This document shows, in pieces, positions 38,182 to 50,430 of a stretch of DNA of 64,000 nt. The DNA lies in NCBI GenBank assembly GCA_010909165.1, contig MU008153.1, positions 372,001 through 436,000 of the forward strand. The letters run 5' to 3'. The number at the start of each line of letters is the position of its first letter. The first letter of the stretch is position 1. The notes beneath the pieces were generated by a model. It was not told where the DNA came from. It saw nothing but the letters and a program-made list of their open reading frames with translations, and made no database searches. The stretch is from Anthoceros angustus (taxonomy: Eukaryota; Plantae; Anthocerotophyta). A program made the position numbers and the translations under genes.

Positions 38182-38690
38182 CTAATAACGTATTAATTTG
38201 GTTCATAACATTAAGAATATTAAATTTATAAATTATCTTATAATTATATATTTATCACGTAAATTAAAACAAAGAGTTCAAGACAACATCAAAAAGACCT
38301 CTAGGATATAGTACACCATTTCACAATTCTTTATATCATATGTAAATGTTTTATAAATACAGACAACTCTTAAAACTGTGACATCTAGTAAAAATGTTTT
38401 AAAATGAAGGACACTAGAATGAATAAACAAAAAGGATAAAATCAAAGTCATAAGAAACACTTAAAAAATTGTACATACTCTCCAACTTTTTCGACTCCAA
38501 ATATAAGTTGCTCTTGTTTCCCAAGCGCATTGAATTCTTTTCCAATTTTGAAGAAGCTCCTTGACGTTTCAACATGAAAGACGTGCATCCAAGTTAAATG
38601 TTCACCAAATATCATTTCTTTATCATGTTGCAAGTAATGTGCACCTAAACGAGTCTTCTAAAAACCATCTTTCTCCAAGACCTGTGCCTT

Positions 38691-38942
38691 TTTCTCTAGC
38701 TCTTGCAATCCTTCCCATAACGATCGGACTTGAACACTGACCTTCAACATGTGCAACATTATCCCCTTCTCAAAACAATCAGACTTGAACGTTGAATATA
38801 CTACATTTGGGACATTTTTCTCTAGCTCTTGCAATCCTTCCCATAACGATCGGACTTGAACACTGACCTTCAACATGTGCAACATTATCCCCTTCTCAAA
38901 ACAATCCGACTTGAACGTTGAATATACTACATTTGGGACACT
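38691..38942. repeat. 126-bp tandem duplication
   Basis: tttctctagctcttgcaatcc... starts at 38691 and 38817. Confidence 0.9.
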
Positions 38943-39019
38943 ATCCCCTTCTCATACAGCCAGTCCAGACTTGAACATTGACCATATTTGAACATTTGGG
39001 ACACTATCCCTTCTTCGCT

Positions 39020-39440
39020 GCTCTTTTGTCTTTGAAGACTTACCCTGCTTATGCATCAAGTTCTCCTACGAGGATTGTCTCTTTGAAGACTTACCTTGCA
39101 TATGCTTCAAATTCTCCTACCAGGATTGCCTCTTAGAAGACTTACCTGTTAATGCTTCAATTTCTCCCCGATGATTGCCCCTTTGAAGACTTACCTTAGA
39201 AGACTTACCTGTTAATGCTTCAATTTCTCCCCGATGATTGCCCCTTTGAAGACTTACCTTAGAAGACTTACCTGTTAATGCTTCAATTTCTCCCCGATGA
39301 TTGCCCCTTTGAAGACTTACCTTGCTTATGCTTCAAATTCTCTCGAGGATTGCCTCTTTGAAGACTTACCTTGTTATGAACCTTGGTATGTTTCAAATTC
39401 TCTTTGAAGACTTACCTTGTTATGAACCTTGGTATGCTTC
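39020..39440. repeat. gaagacttacc-based array with three near-perfect 63-bp units (39132, 39195, 39258)
   Basis: cttagaagacttacctgttaatgcttcaatttctccccgatgattgcccctttgaagacttac x3 with degenerate flanking units. Confidence 0.9.
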
Positions 39441-41829
39441 AAATTCTCCTCTGGGGATTGCTTCCATTTCTCCTACGATGATTGCTTCCAATTTTTTTAT
39501 GAAGATTGCCTTTAGTGGTTCTTTAACATCTCTCCCATCATTTCCTTCATTCAAGTAGTCCTTGCTAACAGCCTCTTCCATGTGATAGTTTCTTAGGCTA
39601 CCAAGACATCTATAAATAAATGGGCTAGATGCAGGCATAGAATGATACAAAAACAAGGGCTAAGTTGTCCAACCTACAACTTGACAATCTTAGGAAAACT
39701 CATGGAGATAGAGAGCTGCTGCTTTATGGTCTCTGTTTGTCCAATCTCTCTCACACGAGACATCACTCATGGATTTGGGCTCCTTGCCTTCAACAATGGC
39801 CTACCCATCCTACCCCATCATAAGATCCTTCATAGTTAATTTTCATGATTGGAATCTTGTTCCATCAAATGTCGGCATTTTCTATAGTTATCATATTGTA
39901 GCCTCTCATCCACAAAGTCCAAATACCAGTATTCCAGTTTGGATAAATATTGATCTAAGTACAAGAAAAAAAGGAAATAGATAGGATCTTGTGAAGATCC
40001 ATAAAATGTTGGGTTGATATAATTTCGATGACCTTTCTTATTTTACATAACTTTTCGCGTTAAATATCAATGTAGGAGAAGAAGAAGAATTTTATTTAAG
40101 TCCACTAAGGATTTCGTTATGGGACTTGGTACTTAACAACTTGTACCATGGTGTGCCTAAGCTACTTGCACCAAGGGCATCCACTCCAGCACCCCGTCTA
40201 AGTATCGATCTAAGCTCAGGATGCTTAGACCTTCTTATAAAGGTGTGTCCATTTGGCCTAAGCCATTTGGACACGTAGCTGGGCGAGATGTTGTCGCTTG
40301 AAACTCTGATGTATGATGTCGTGTGTATATGCTAACTGCGTGTAATCTTGAACTGTGCCATGTAAGCACCAGTGGTGGCAGCAAGGCACAGGCTGCGGCT
40401 CGATGGCCACCCACTCTTCGCACATCTCTGCAATCGGGCACCTCTGCAAAACTTGCAATCCAAGCATGTCAGATGATATCAGTGCGCAATTGCACACTCA
40501 TGCAGCAGTTCTTCGAGGTTTCCAAGTATGTATCATCGACAAAGCCAGCTTCCAGTGGATCCGCATGTGAAGGATCGCATGTTCGATCAGCCTCCTCGGA
40601 GCGGGAACACCACAGACGGTACCGCCATGGAGGCGTTCAAGGCCGACGTGCCCCTGGAACAGGATTTCATTGCGGAGTTGGAGCAGGTGCAACTCTTCCG
40701 GGATGCGGGTAATGCGCAGACTCAGGACTGTCAGCCTCGGTATCAGCGTCCGGAAGAGGACCAGGCAGACGAGGGGCCGGAAGAAAGGATCATTTTTCGA
40801 GCCAATATAGACACCGCTGAGTAGGTTCCATCCGAAGGATACTTCTTGGTAAGAGCCTGAGTTGCTGGAGGCTTGAAAATCGCTCAATTTGGCTCGTTCC
40901 TTGGTTTCTTGCAGGGAGGACGATATTGCGGTGAGGGATATTGAGAAAATCGGTGGAAAGCCGGAGGAGAGAAAGGAGATAGGAGGGAAGCCGATCACTC
41001 CCACAGATGCCAGCCTGTAAGTCTGCAGGCCCTAATTCTCAATCTCTGGGAACGTTATGTGCCGCTTGCAATCCAGGCTACGATGTGAACTGTTTGGGTG
41101 CCGATGCAGAATACAGTCGGAAGAGCGTATGCTTGGAAATTCAACCGGAGAAGGAAGCTTTGCAGCTCGAATGCAGTCAGCGTCGGCTGCCAATGTGAAG
41201 GCAGGGGTGGTCAGTGCCGAGATTGGCGGTAGTGCTGCAAAGTGGGATCTAGACACGCACAAGAAGAATGTGTGACTTGCCTTCTGAAGCAGAAGGCGGT
41301 CGGGAAGATCGGATATACGGTACGAGATTTATGGACCAGTAAAGAATGGACGTTTTCGGCAATGAGGGGAGATGGGATTGGTAGTTTTCAAATTGGAAGT
41401 TCTGATTAGGCTGCATCAAAAGATACCAAGTTCTACACTACATAGTTGTGGGCCGTCCACCACGACCCCACACGCTGTCGTGCTTTTTTATATGCCTAGT
41501 ACGCGTGTCGTTTCATGGTGGAAGTAAGTCTTGAACCTGTTCAGAATTGGCTCTGAACAGTCTGAACCTGCTCAGAATTGGCTCTGCGTGCTTTTGATTC
41601 GTACCTCCTGGCACCTGCGTGTTTTTGATACGTACCTCCTCGCACCTCCTGAATCGTACTAGGTCCTGCCACCGCGTGGAGCGCTTTCGTCCCGTGGAGA
41701 ACTGCTCTTTCGAAGTGCTGAAAGCGGAGTGCTTGTTGTTCACTTTCTCAGTGCTCAACGTGTAGTTCTTGTTGTTTGGTCTTCTGTGTTATGTTGTTGT
41801 TCCTCTTGATAAGCTAAAATTTCCTTCTC

Positions 41830-42240
41830 TTGTGAGCTTGGAGGATACGCTGAAATTGCTTCTCTTGCAAGCTTGAGGGAGGATAAGCTGAGATTGCTTC
41901 TCTTGAGATTTGCTTCTCTTGTGAGCTTGAGATTTGCTTCTCTTGTGTGAGCTTCTCTTGTGTGCTTGAGATTTGCTTCTCTTGTGTGAGCTTGGAGGAT
42001 GAGTTGCTTCTCTTGTGAGGTGGAGATAAGCTGAGGGATAAAGCTGAGATTGCTCTCTTTTGAGGATAAAGCTGAGATTGCTCTCTTTTGAGGATAAAGC
42101 TGAGATTGCTCTCTTTGGAGGATAAAGCTGAGATTGCTGTCTTGTGAGCTTGGAGTGAGGAAGCATAGATTTGTTGCTTCCTGTCTGGTGAGCTTGGAGT
42201 GAGGGAGCGGAGATTTGTTGCTTCTTCACTCAGAGATTTG
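41830..42240. repeat. Low-complexity gcttctcttgtgagc / 28-bp minisatellite upstream of the C2 gene
   Basis: gaggataaagctgagattgctctcttt repeated with a 28-bp period at ~42034-42140. Confidence 0.8.
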
Positions 42241-42267
42241 TTGCTTTCTTGGTGTGAAGAAGCAGCG

Positions 42268-43491
42268 ATGGGGGAGAGAATTTTGGAGATCAAGGTTATA
42301 TCGGCGGAAGAGTTAAAGCAGGTGAAATGGACGGGGAAGATGAGCCCTTACGTCGTGGTTTGGATATATCCCGAGCAGAAGGTGAGCACCACAACATGTA
42401 TGGAAGGAGGGAAGAATCCTAAGTGGGACGAAACTCTCCAGCTCAAGGTCGAAGAGCGGCATCTCCACGTCCCTAGGATGACCATCAGTATCGAGGTGTT
42501 GCACAATGGCACGTTCGGAGAGGTCTCTCTTGGGACTGCCAACTTCCCTCTCACGGAGGTGACCAAAGAGTGGAAGGACGGCTCCACAAGTCCACAGTAC
42601 CTGGCTTACCAGCTCCGGCGGCCGTCCGGAAGGACGCAGGGAGTTGTCAATCTGGCCATCTCCTTGGTTCCCAAGGTTGGCGGGTCGGGTGAACATGAGG
42701 CGAGTGCGCCTGCTGCACCTGAGGTTGCTGTCCCTCCTACGACAGTTGCCTCTCCTGTGGATACGACAGTTGCCTCTCCTGTAGATAGGACAGTTGCTTC
42801 TCCTGTGGAGTCTTCGTCTGTGACAGCAGCGGCGAAGCCTGAGCTGGGGAAGGAGACTGTTGCAGCAGAGAAAGTGGAGGCCAAGGGAGAAGCTACGAAG
42901 GAGCCGCCATTAGCACCTTACCCCGGTGCTGTACCCTACGGTCAGGGTTTGCCTCCGGCAGGGCTTCCACAGGGATACCCTGCTCCTGTTCCTGCTGGTG
43001 CAGGGTATCCACAAGGCTATCCTCCCGCGCCTCAGAGCTATCCTCCTCCCCAAGCAGGTTATGCTCCTCCCCAAGCAGGCTATGCTCCTCCTCCAGCAGG
43101 CTATCCTCCCACGGGATACCCTCAAGGCTACCCTCTTCCTGCAGGCTATGCTTATCCTCCTCCCGCAGCCTATCCCCAAGGCTATCCTCAGCCTCAGCCC
43201 GGTCAGGCATACCCGCAAGGAGGATATCCTCAGCTGTATCAAGGCTACCCTCCTTATGCTGGTGCCCCTGCTGCGTCTTATGCCTACCCTCAGCAGCAGC
43301 CGTATCCCCTGCAGCAGCAATATGCTGTTCAGCAACCCCAGAAGCCGAACAGATTTGGAGGGCTAGGAGCCGGTGCTGCTGGGCTTGGATTGGGGTTGGG
43401 GGCAGGTCTGCTTGGTGGTGTCTTGCTAGAGGAAGCATTAGATAACGACAACGATAACGATTACGACTACGACGATGGTGGAGATTTTTGA
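42268..43491 (+). CDS. SRC2: SRC2-like C2-domain protein with Pro/Tyr/Gly/Gln-rich tail
   Basis: ILEIKVISAEELK..MSPYVVVWI..GGKNPKWDETL..LAYQLRRPSGRTQGVVNL; YPPP repeats; GLGAGLLGGVLLEEA...DYDYDDGGDF end. ATG at 42268. Confidence 0.88.
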   Translation: MGERILEIKVISAEELKQVKWTGKMSPYVVVWIYPEQKVSTTTCMEGGKNPKWDETLQLKVEERHLHVPRMTISIEVLHNGTFGEVSLGTANFPLTEVTKEWKDGSTSPQYLAYQLRRPSGRTQGVVNLAISLVPKVGGSGEHEASAPAAPEVAVPPTTVASPVDTTVASPVDRTVASPVESSSVTAAAKPELGKETVAAEKVEAKGEATKEPPLAPYPGAVPYGQGLPPAGLPQGYPAPVPAGAGYPQGYPPAPQSYPPPQAGYAPPQAGYAPPPAGYPPTGYPQGYPLPAGYAYPPPAAYPQGYPQPQPGQAYPQGGYPQLYQGYPPYAGAPAASYAYPQQQPYPLQQQYAVQQPQKPNRFGGLGAGAAGLGLGLGAGLLGGVLLEEALDNDNDNDYDYDDGGDF

Positions 43492-46415
43492 TGTCATCAG
43501 TACCTACTTAGCTTTAAGGTCATGGCTTTGCTTCTTGTTGGAGTAGGTCCATTACAATTTCTGTATGAGATACCAGCTTTCGAGCTGTATCAATGAAGAA
43601 GCTACTTCTCAATGTGCTGTAGGGCCGCCTCCTTTGGCGTAGGGATTGGTAACATGTTCTCGAACTAGCTGCCAAGTATGAGTCCATTTTCTTCGTGTGC
43701 AAGGTGACCTGGACCATGCATCTGGCCGAACTCGGGAGGCACGATCGCTTCTGGTTTTGCACTTATCACAGTGCCTCTGCATGATTCCTGTCATGCTCTA
43801 CAGGTGGAACGGCTGGGACCTCATAGTAGTAAGACTGATTGTGCCTTTCTTTCCAAACAGCCGGAGGTGTTGGCTGAAGACGATTACAGTTTCACTCCGA
43901 AAGGCACAGTCATCGTGTGACCCATCAAAGTCCAAGGGTGAGACGTTCACCAAGATTTTCGTGCTGTGCAGCAAGGGAACAAACTCCACGATTCCAGAAG
44001 CCCTATAGAAACAGTAGACCGAGTAGACCTATCCGACAGCCAGCAGAGCTGCACATCCACACGATGATTAAGAACAATGCATGGCTAAACTTAATTCCGT
44101 GACATTGGTGGGACTGTCTTTCGGATACTGTGCCAGTAGGTTGTAGTGGGTTGCTTGTGTTCTGGAATGACTTCGAGTTCACAGTAGTCCAGAAAAGAAG
44201 TTTGAGAGTGTGGTTAACGTTGTCCTTTGTGTGTCTGTCTGTGCGCTCGGCATCGGAGTTGGAAGCAGGGCAGCAGCGAACCTCTTGGCGTCACCCTACT
44301 CGAGACTTGTTCCGTCGTGCCAGTATCTTCGAACCCATTGGTCACCTGTCTTTAACTCCAGGCTAAAGACAGTGTGTCTTATGGTGAGGTCAACTTCTAG
44401 TCTCATTGTGATGAGAATTTGGTAAGGTCTGATTTGATCAAGGGCTGAAGGTGCTTGTTGTTGTTCCAGGGCATTTAATTGTGGAGAATGTCTTCCTGAA
44501 TTGTTTGCAGTTGGAGCACTGGTAGCCAGGTAAAGAAATTGTGCTGTCTATATACGTTGGACAGATGTGTAGTAATTTTATTCTTGATGTGTGCAGGGGA
44601 AAGAGGAGTGCTCACCTCGAAGCAAGAGGTATAGTCCCTAATCAGAATTGGAAGTGAACAAGAAAGCTACTTGGATGTAGCCTCGATCGTATTCATTAGG
44701 ATCTAGGTAATCCTCTGAGTTTTAATTCTTTCCCGATTAATAGCAATACCGAACAAGTACCTATAATATAGCAAATCTTCATGGGCTTCCTTTAGATAGG
44801 CCGGTTCTCTGTTCCTTGAAAATTCCAGTAGGGGAGCGCCTCTGTTGGCCCAGGCAAGGAGGCATCTTTTTCTCTGATAACCTGGCATGGCGCCTCAGCA
44901 TATAGGTGGCTGTCATGAGGTTGGATGTGGGAATTAAGAACAAAACTTGAGCTTTGATACCATGTGATAAAGCGAGGATTTAAGGAGATCGTGTTTTGCT
45001 CGGATTGATTGTTGCTATAAGGCGTTATGTATAGACGTGTGTATGTGAAACGTTGTGTCTAAGATCGAACTGTTTAGTCCATTAGCATTTGATATCTACC
45101 GAGATACGAATCGGGCTCTAAGAGCTAGAGTTATTAGCTTAACACCTCGAACGTCATAGCTCCCTCATTCACGTCGCAAGTAATCTCGTCTCCTTATTCG
45201 TACATACACAGCTTGCTGGTGCACTTGGATTTTAGGATTGGAAAAAGCTTTTGATGGCCCTAGGAATAGCCAAACGCCGAAGTGCCTGGTTTTTTGGGAG
45301 CCCACAGAGTGTGCTTCTTTCTAGCATTGACCATGTTTGCTCAACCATCGGAGCAATACAAGTTGAGAACCAGAGGAAGATGCTTTCTCGCATCGGCGAG
45401 GACAGCTTTGGGCAAAGGTGCTTGGAAATTAGTGGGGACACACCTGGTTGGTTTCTACTTTTCGAAGCACATGGGAGTGTAGATCTTGGGTGCGCTGCTA
45501 TTTGTGGTTGCAAGCGTAAAGCATCCCTATTTTTGTGGAGTTAGTTATGCAAAAAAAAAAACGCTTATTCGCCTAAAATGGCCGAAAGAAGGGCCAGGTG
45601 TTATGGGGTTAAGGACTTTTCTCCTTCAATTGTCGCATCGTATCCTCTGCTAACCAGTGGGTCGGAGTGAGGTCCTCAACTCGGAACTGAAAATCAAGTT
45701 TGTAGTATTTCAGGCAGTGTCGTTATGCTTTTGCTTGTGTGCGCCTGCATTCGTCATCGGAGTTGGAAGTTTAGCAGGGCTCTGGCAGCGAACGACAAGT
45801 TGGCTCATGTCTTCTCCACTAACAGTACTTTCAAGGCACTCGTTCTGTCGTGCTGTACACTTTGCTGGCAGGACTCTCCTTTTTAGAGAAATACAAAAGG
45901 CTTGATAAAATAGAAAAATAACATAAAAAGCCTGGAACATTGTGCACAGGCAGAATGACAGGAACCAAGAGAACAGAAGGGCCTCACCACCCAGCAGGGG
46001 CACAAGAACACAAAAGAACAACACACGGATGTGGCCCCCAGCACTCAAAAGAACACAAGCAAGGGCCTACTCCAACTCCTTCACCCATTCCTGCATACGA
46101 TGCAGGTAGGAGGGCCGATAGGATTCGAGGCCCAATCTTCTGCTGGCAGGACTCTGGTAGTGTCTTCGAACCGAGACGTCACCTGTCTGCCACCTGCAAA
46201 CAAGCAACAAATTATTGTTGTGTGTTGCTCACAACTCAGAGTGCGGAGGACATGGAAAATTCATGCAGCAACTGGGTATTTGAGATATTTCTTCCGCATC
46301 CACTTTTGTTTGACTTACTTACGGCAGCAAGAATGTGTTCATTGCGTTCTATCATCAGGATTCACAACTTACTGGAAAATAACAAAAGTTGATGTGGTTG
46401 GCGTGAGAAGATCCT

Positions 46416-47954
46416 CTACAGGTGGATGTGCACTGCCTTAGGCTCAAACACTGAGAGCTTGCACGACTTCTTATCTCTGATATCGCTGAACACGTCAAGC
46501 CAGCGGTCTGCAAGAATGTCAAAAAGTGCCACTGTATGCCAGTCATGCCATATCTCGTTTGTCATCCGTTCAAAAGCATCGGGATAAGAGCGACCTGAGT
46601 GCATAGGCGGCTCCATCTGCATATAGTATCGAGCCACCCATATATATTGTCCAGCCAGGCCAAGGTTTCCATCCCAGCCGTACATTAACGCATCCCACCC
46701 TGCATTATTATGCCATGGAGCGTATGGAAGCAGGTTTACAGGCCCCCAGCTCCTTTTATGCGGATGGAGCATGGTGATTCCCAACAGGACATCCTCATCG
46801 ACCACATAGGTTACTGCCCCATACAGGTTCCCTTTGTAGTACCAAAGTCCCTTCCACTCTTCAAACTTAAGATAAGGGCGGCAGGACAGGTCCAACAGTC
46901 CTGCCCTCTGCAGCTCGAATGATGCAGGTCTTGGTGGCCATCGTGCACGGATAACCTCCAACAGGGCACCACTATCGAGGCTGTGCACAAGCAGCTGTGC
47001 AATTGAGTTATCAAAGTCGGGCTTGGTATAGACATTGAACTGGGTGTAGAGGCGGTTTTCAGCGAAGGCCCTCACAAATCTAGGACTTGTTGGGTCTGAA
47101 ACTTCCATAATATGATGAAAAGTTCTGATATTGAATCTTGGAGATGGATAAGGCTCCCCTTCGACAACTTTCCAAGAATCCCTCGCAGACGCATAGATTG
47201 CAACACACCACGCATTTCTGCGTCTGGCATTGTCTGACCACTGGAAGAAGTGAATTACCTCGAAAGTCCCAGATTCTTCATCCACGTTGCAAGTAATCTC
47301 GTCCCCTTCTTTGTACTCCCAGACCTCACGGTCCTGGAATGTCTCGGGTAGCTTGAGTTTTGGGAGGCGCCTCCAGCTCCTGTTAACCATGTTAATGATA
47401 ACAATGGGTCCTCCAGATCCATACTTTCGGATACATAGCAGGCCGTTGCCAAAGAAATGGACTTCTTGCTTGTTAAAATTAGAGGTAAGAAGGCTTTGCA
47501 TATCATGAGGAAGGAAACGCAGACTGATGTTGTCCACCTTTCCTGTGGACAAGACTGGATCCTGTTGCGTTGCCATATCCTTACAAACCCATTCTGGATA
47601 GAACATTGTCACAATTTCTTCAGAAACACGTAGATTCAGATCGGCGGGCGCTCCATGCCCGCCTATGACTTCATAGGCACAAATGGCAGCAGGAAGGGGC
47701 TTTGCATCTGCTCTGGCCTGCAACCGGAATTCTGGGGTCTCGATGCATCGCTTACAGTCCTTGGATAGGACTTTCAAGCGCATCTGCACATCAAATGAGG
47801 AGAATGCAAATATATCCATAAGAATGTTGAAGGGGAGTTTTGAACTCCCCCATATGGCAGGGTCCATGATGACATCCCTCCCTGGTATGTACTCCTCCTG
47901 CAAGCTTCCTACAAGCTGGTGCAACTTCACTGCGGGACCACTTCCTCCTGCCAT
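46416..47954 (-). CDS. Divergent F-box protein (512 aa, intronless)
   Basis: N-terminal SKLPFNILMDIFAFSSFDVQMRLKVLSKDCKRCI F-box-like motif; GNGLLC...IINMVNRSWRRLP typical of F-box-associated beta-propeller regions. Confidence 0.75.
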   Translation of the reverse strand: MAGGSGPAVKLHQLVGSLQEEYIPGRDVIMDPAIWGSSKLPFNILMDIFAFSSFDVQMRLKVLSKDCKRCIETPEFRLQARADAKPLPAAICAYEVIGGHGAPADLNLRVSEEIVTMFYPEWVCKDMATQQDPVLSTGKVDNISLRFLPHDMQSLLTSNFNKQEVHFFGNGLLCIRKYGSGGPIVIINMVNRSWRRLPKLKLPETFQDREVWEYKEGDEITCNVDEESGTFEVIHFFQWSDNARRRNAWCVAIYASARDSWKVVEGEPYPSPRFNIRTFHHIMEVSDPTSPRFVRAFAENRLYTQFNVYTKPDFDNSIAQLLVHSLDSGALLEVIRARWPPRPASFELQRAGLLDLSCRPYLKFEEWKGLWYYKGNLYGAVTYVVDEDVLLGITMLHPHKRSWGPVNLLPYAPWHNNAGWDALMYGWDGNLGLAGQYIWVARYYMQMEPPMHSGRSYPDAFERMTNEIWHDWHTVALFDILADRWLDVFSDIRDKKSCKLSVFEPKAVHIHL

Positions 47955-50149
47955 CCTGAACTTAGAGAAAACAATGACTCTGTTAGCACCAGTTGAATTG
48001 GCTTCCTCCTACCTAGAACCGAACCGAATCTGGCTTCTGCAGTTGTGAGAGTCTAAACTTGCGAAAAGTAAGGAAAATATCTATGGCTTCTAGAACACCT
48101 TGGGGAACTTAGATATTACTGGCTATAAAGCTTCTATAGCACGATGACCATCCTGTAAGATGAGCAGAGCGTACTACAGGATATACATTGGATTTAGGAA
48201 ACTATCGCACTTTCAGTACTTGGCCAGTACACTTGCCGGAAATCATTGATAAGTAGCTCCCACGAGAGCTACTCGTGTAACATACATGGTGCATCAGTCT
48301 TAACCCTTCTTACATTTAATAAGCACAATATTTTATAGTTACTGAAGTCTGAGTGAGGTATTGGGATGGTAAGTATGGTAAGATGATAAGAAAATAAGTG
48401 GTAAAAGTGATCATGGTGTGAAGCATGCCCATAAGATGTGCACTAACCCTTTATGTGCAGAAGAAAATTTTAGTGGGCCAGGTGGTGTGCTAGAATACCA
48501 GCCGATCTTGATCCTTTCTAACCTGCATTAATTGTGAGGAACATGAATTGAAGCTTTAGATGGAATATATAAACTTTTAATGAGACATGATTCATCTGAT
48601 AACCCCAATCACTTGGTACTAGAAACAAAACACAATAGGACCAGTCATAATCACTTGAATGGATAGTATGACCTCAATCACTTGGTAATAGAAACAAAAC
48701 CCAATGAAGACAAGTACAATCAATTGATCTTAACTGATCTGATAACCTAATCATATGGTAACTTAATGAAAGGTTACGATATATTTTTTACAAAACTAAA
48801 CACAACACGGACTGAAGATAGGACAAATAATTTGATGTGATAACCCCAATCACTCATTTGGGATCTCCAACCATTAACATGTTTCTTAAACTCTTTTCCT
48901 AAGATAATTTATTTATCGTTTGAGATTACTTTGAACTTTGAAGAAATCATTGTTTCTTCTAGTTTTTGGCTCTACAACTACTTCAAATTCTTACAAAATC
49001 ATGGAAAGAAATCCTAGAAAGCCATCAAAACAATCATGGTTTCTACCTTGCTTAGGTTGAGGCACAACAACTACTTTAATTTCTTATATGATCATGGGAA
49101 GAACTTTTGAGGAGACATCAAAGCAATTAGCATCGTCTAACGATGTTCTTAATCGAGATACCTCTCACTTCAACTCTACAGGAAGCTCTTTTGATTTAGT
49201 AAGAATTTGAACATACCTTGAATAACTCTAGGGATTGTCTCGAAGAATTTGACGAAAATCTCTCGCACTCCACTTGCATCGCCTTACAGAGAGCCTTCCA
49301 CTACGTGAGAGAAAACCAACTCTCTTCTCCCATTAGCTCACACAAAGCACTCCACTACTCAAAGGAAAACTCACTCTTTGCTCCCACCAACTCACCCGAA
49401 GTGCTCTACTACTTGAAGGAAAACCACTCTCCGTTCGCACTAGCTAAAAAGAGAGCGCTCCACTACGCAAAGGAAAACCCACTCTACACTGCAACCGGCT
49501 CACAAATAGCACTCCACTATGCGAAGGAAAACCTACTCTCCATAAACCTTGGACTCCCAAGAAATGTACTTATCTATAGAATTTAGGGTTAGATAAAATA
49601 GAATAAATATTCACTAATCAAACTTGATGGTATTATATATATACTTTATAGTATTGTATATTCCCTAATCGACTTTCATATTATGCATAATTTTTCATTG
49701 TTGAAATATGAAGAGATAGGAAGGGCAAGAGTTGGAATCTTAAAAGAAAACACACGTTTCTAATTCATATTGGAATATTTGGAATTGAATTTTAGATTTT
49801 TTTTCTCTAGGTACTTTATTAATATAATTTATTTGTTATTTATGAACACCTTGACACATATATACTTTAAAGAAATCAAGTAGCTTTTAAGAACTTAACA
49901 AAACACTTCGCCCTCATAGGTTTATAGAGTGCTTCGCTTCTAGCAGAGGGTCTATGGATTGCTCAATTACTCATGGTTTTACAAAAAGCTTTACGTCTCA
50001 AGCGCCATCACTCACGCGCTCTCCACTTGGCGAATAAGACAAAGATAGGCTCCCCATTTGCATAACCTCTAGTCCATTTTTCGAGGCGCGCCCAACTCCC
50101 TCGAATAGAGCCTGCCCCATTTCTTCGGCACCCACGTTTTTGGGTCACC

Positions 50150-50430
50150 TACTAATAAGGCAGCAAGAATGTGTTGATCAGTGCGTTCCATCATCCACAT
50201 CTCAACTCACTGGTAAACAACAAATTGTTGATGTTGTTGGCTTGAGAAGTTTCTCTCCATTGTTGATGTTGTTGGCTTGAGAAGTTTCTCTCCATTGTTG
50301 ATGTTGTTGGCTTGAGAGATGGATAACTCCAACAGGGCATCACCATGGATGTCTATGAGTAAATGTGAATCTTCGTACCTCCTATCCAAACTTGCTTTCA
50401 GTGGAATGTAGACAGTACTGGGCTTCACCT
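50150..50430 (-). pseudogene. Possible F-box-family relic
   Basis: ataactccaacagggca.ca matches ~46953 of the F-box ORF (DALLELS vs GALLEVI); gcagcaagaatgtgtt shared with ~46325. Confidence 0.3.

Noticed and set aside
40235-41275. Cluster of 70-170-aa ORFs in a GC-moderate island
   Set aside because: No motif, splice model or repeat relationship recognised
42893-43438. Overlapping ORFs over the SRC2 Pro/Tyr-rich tail
   Set aside because: Alternative frames of a low-complexity repeat
43520-46400. Scattered ORFs and a short duplicated tcggagttggaag segment (44252, 45757)
   Set aside because: No coherent gene model; duplication short and uninformative
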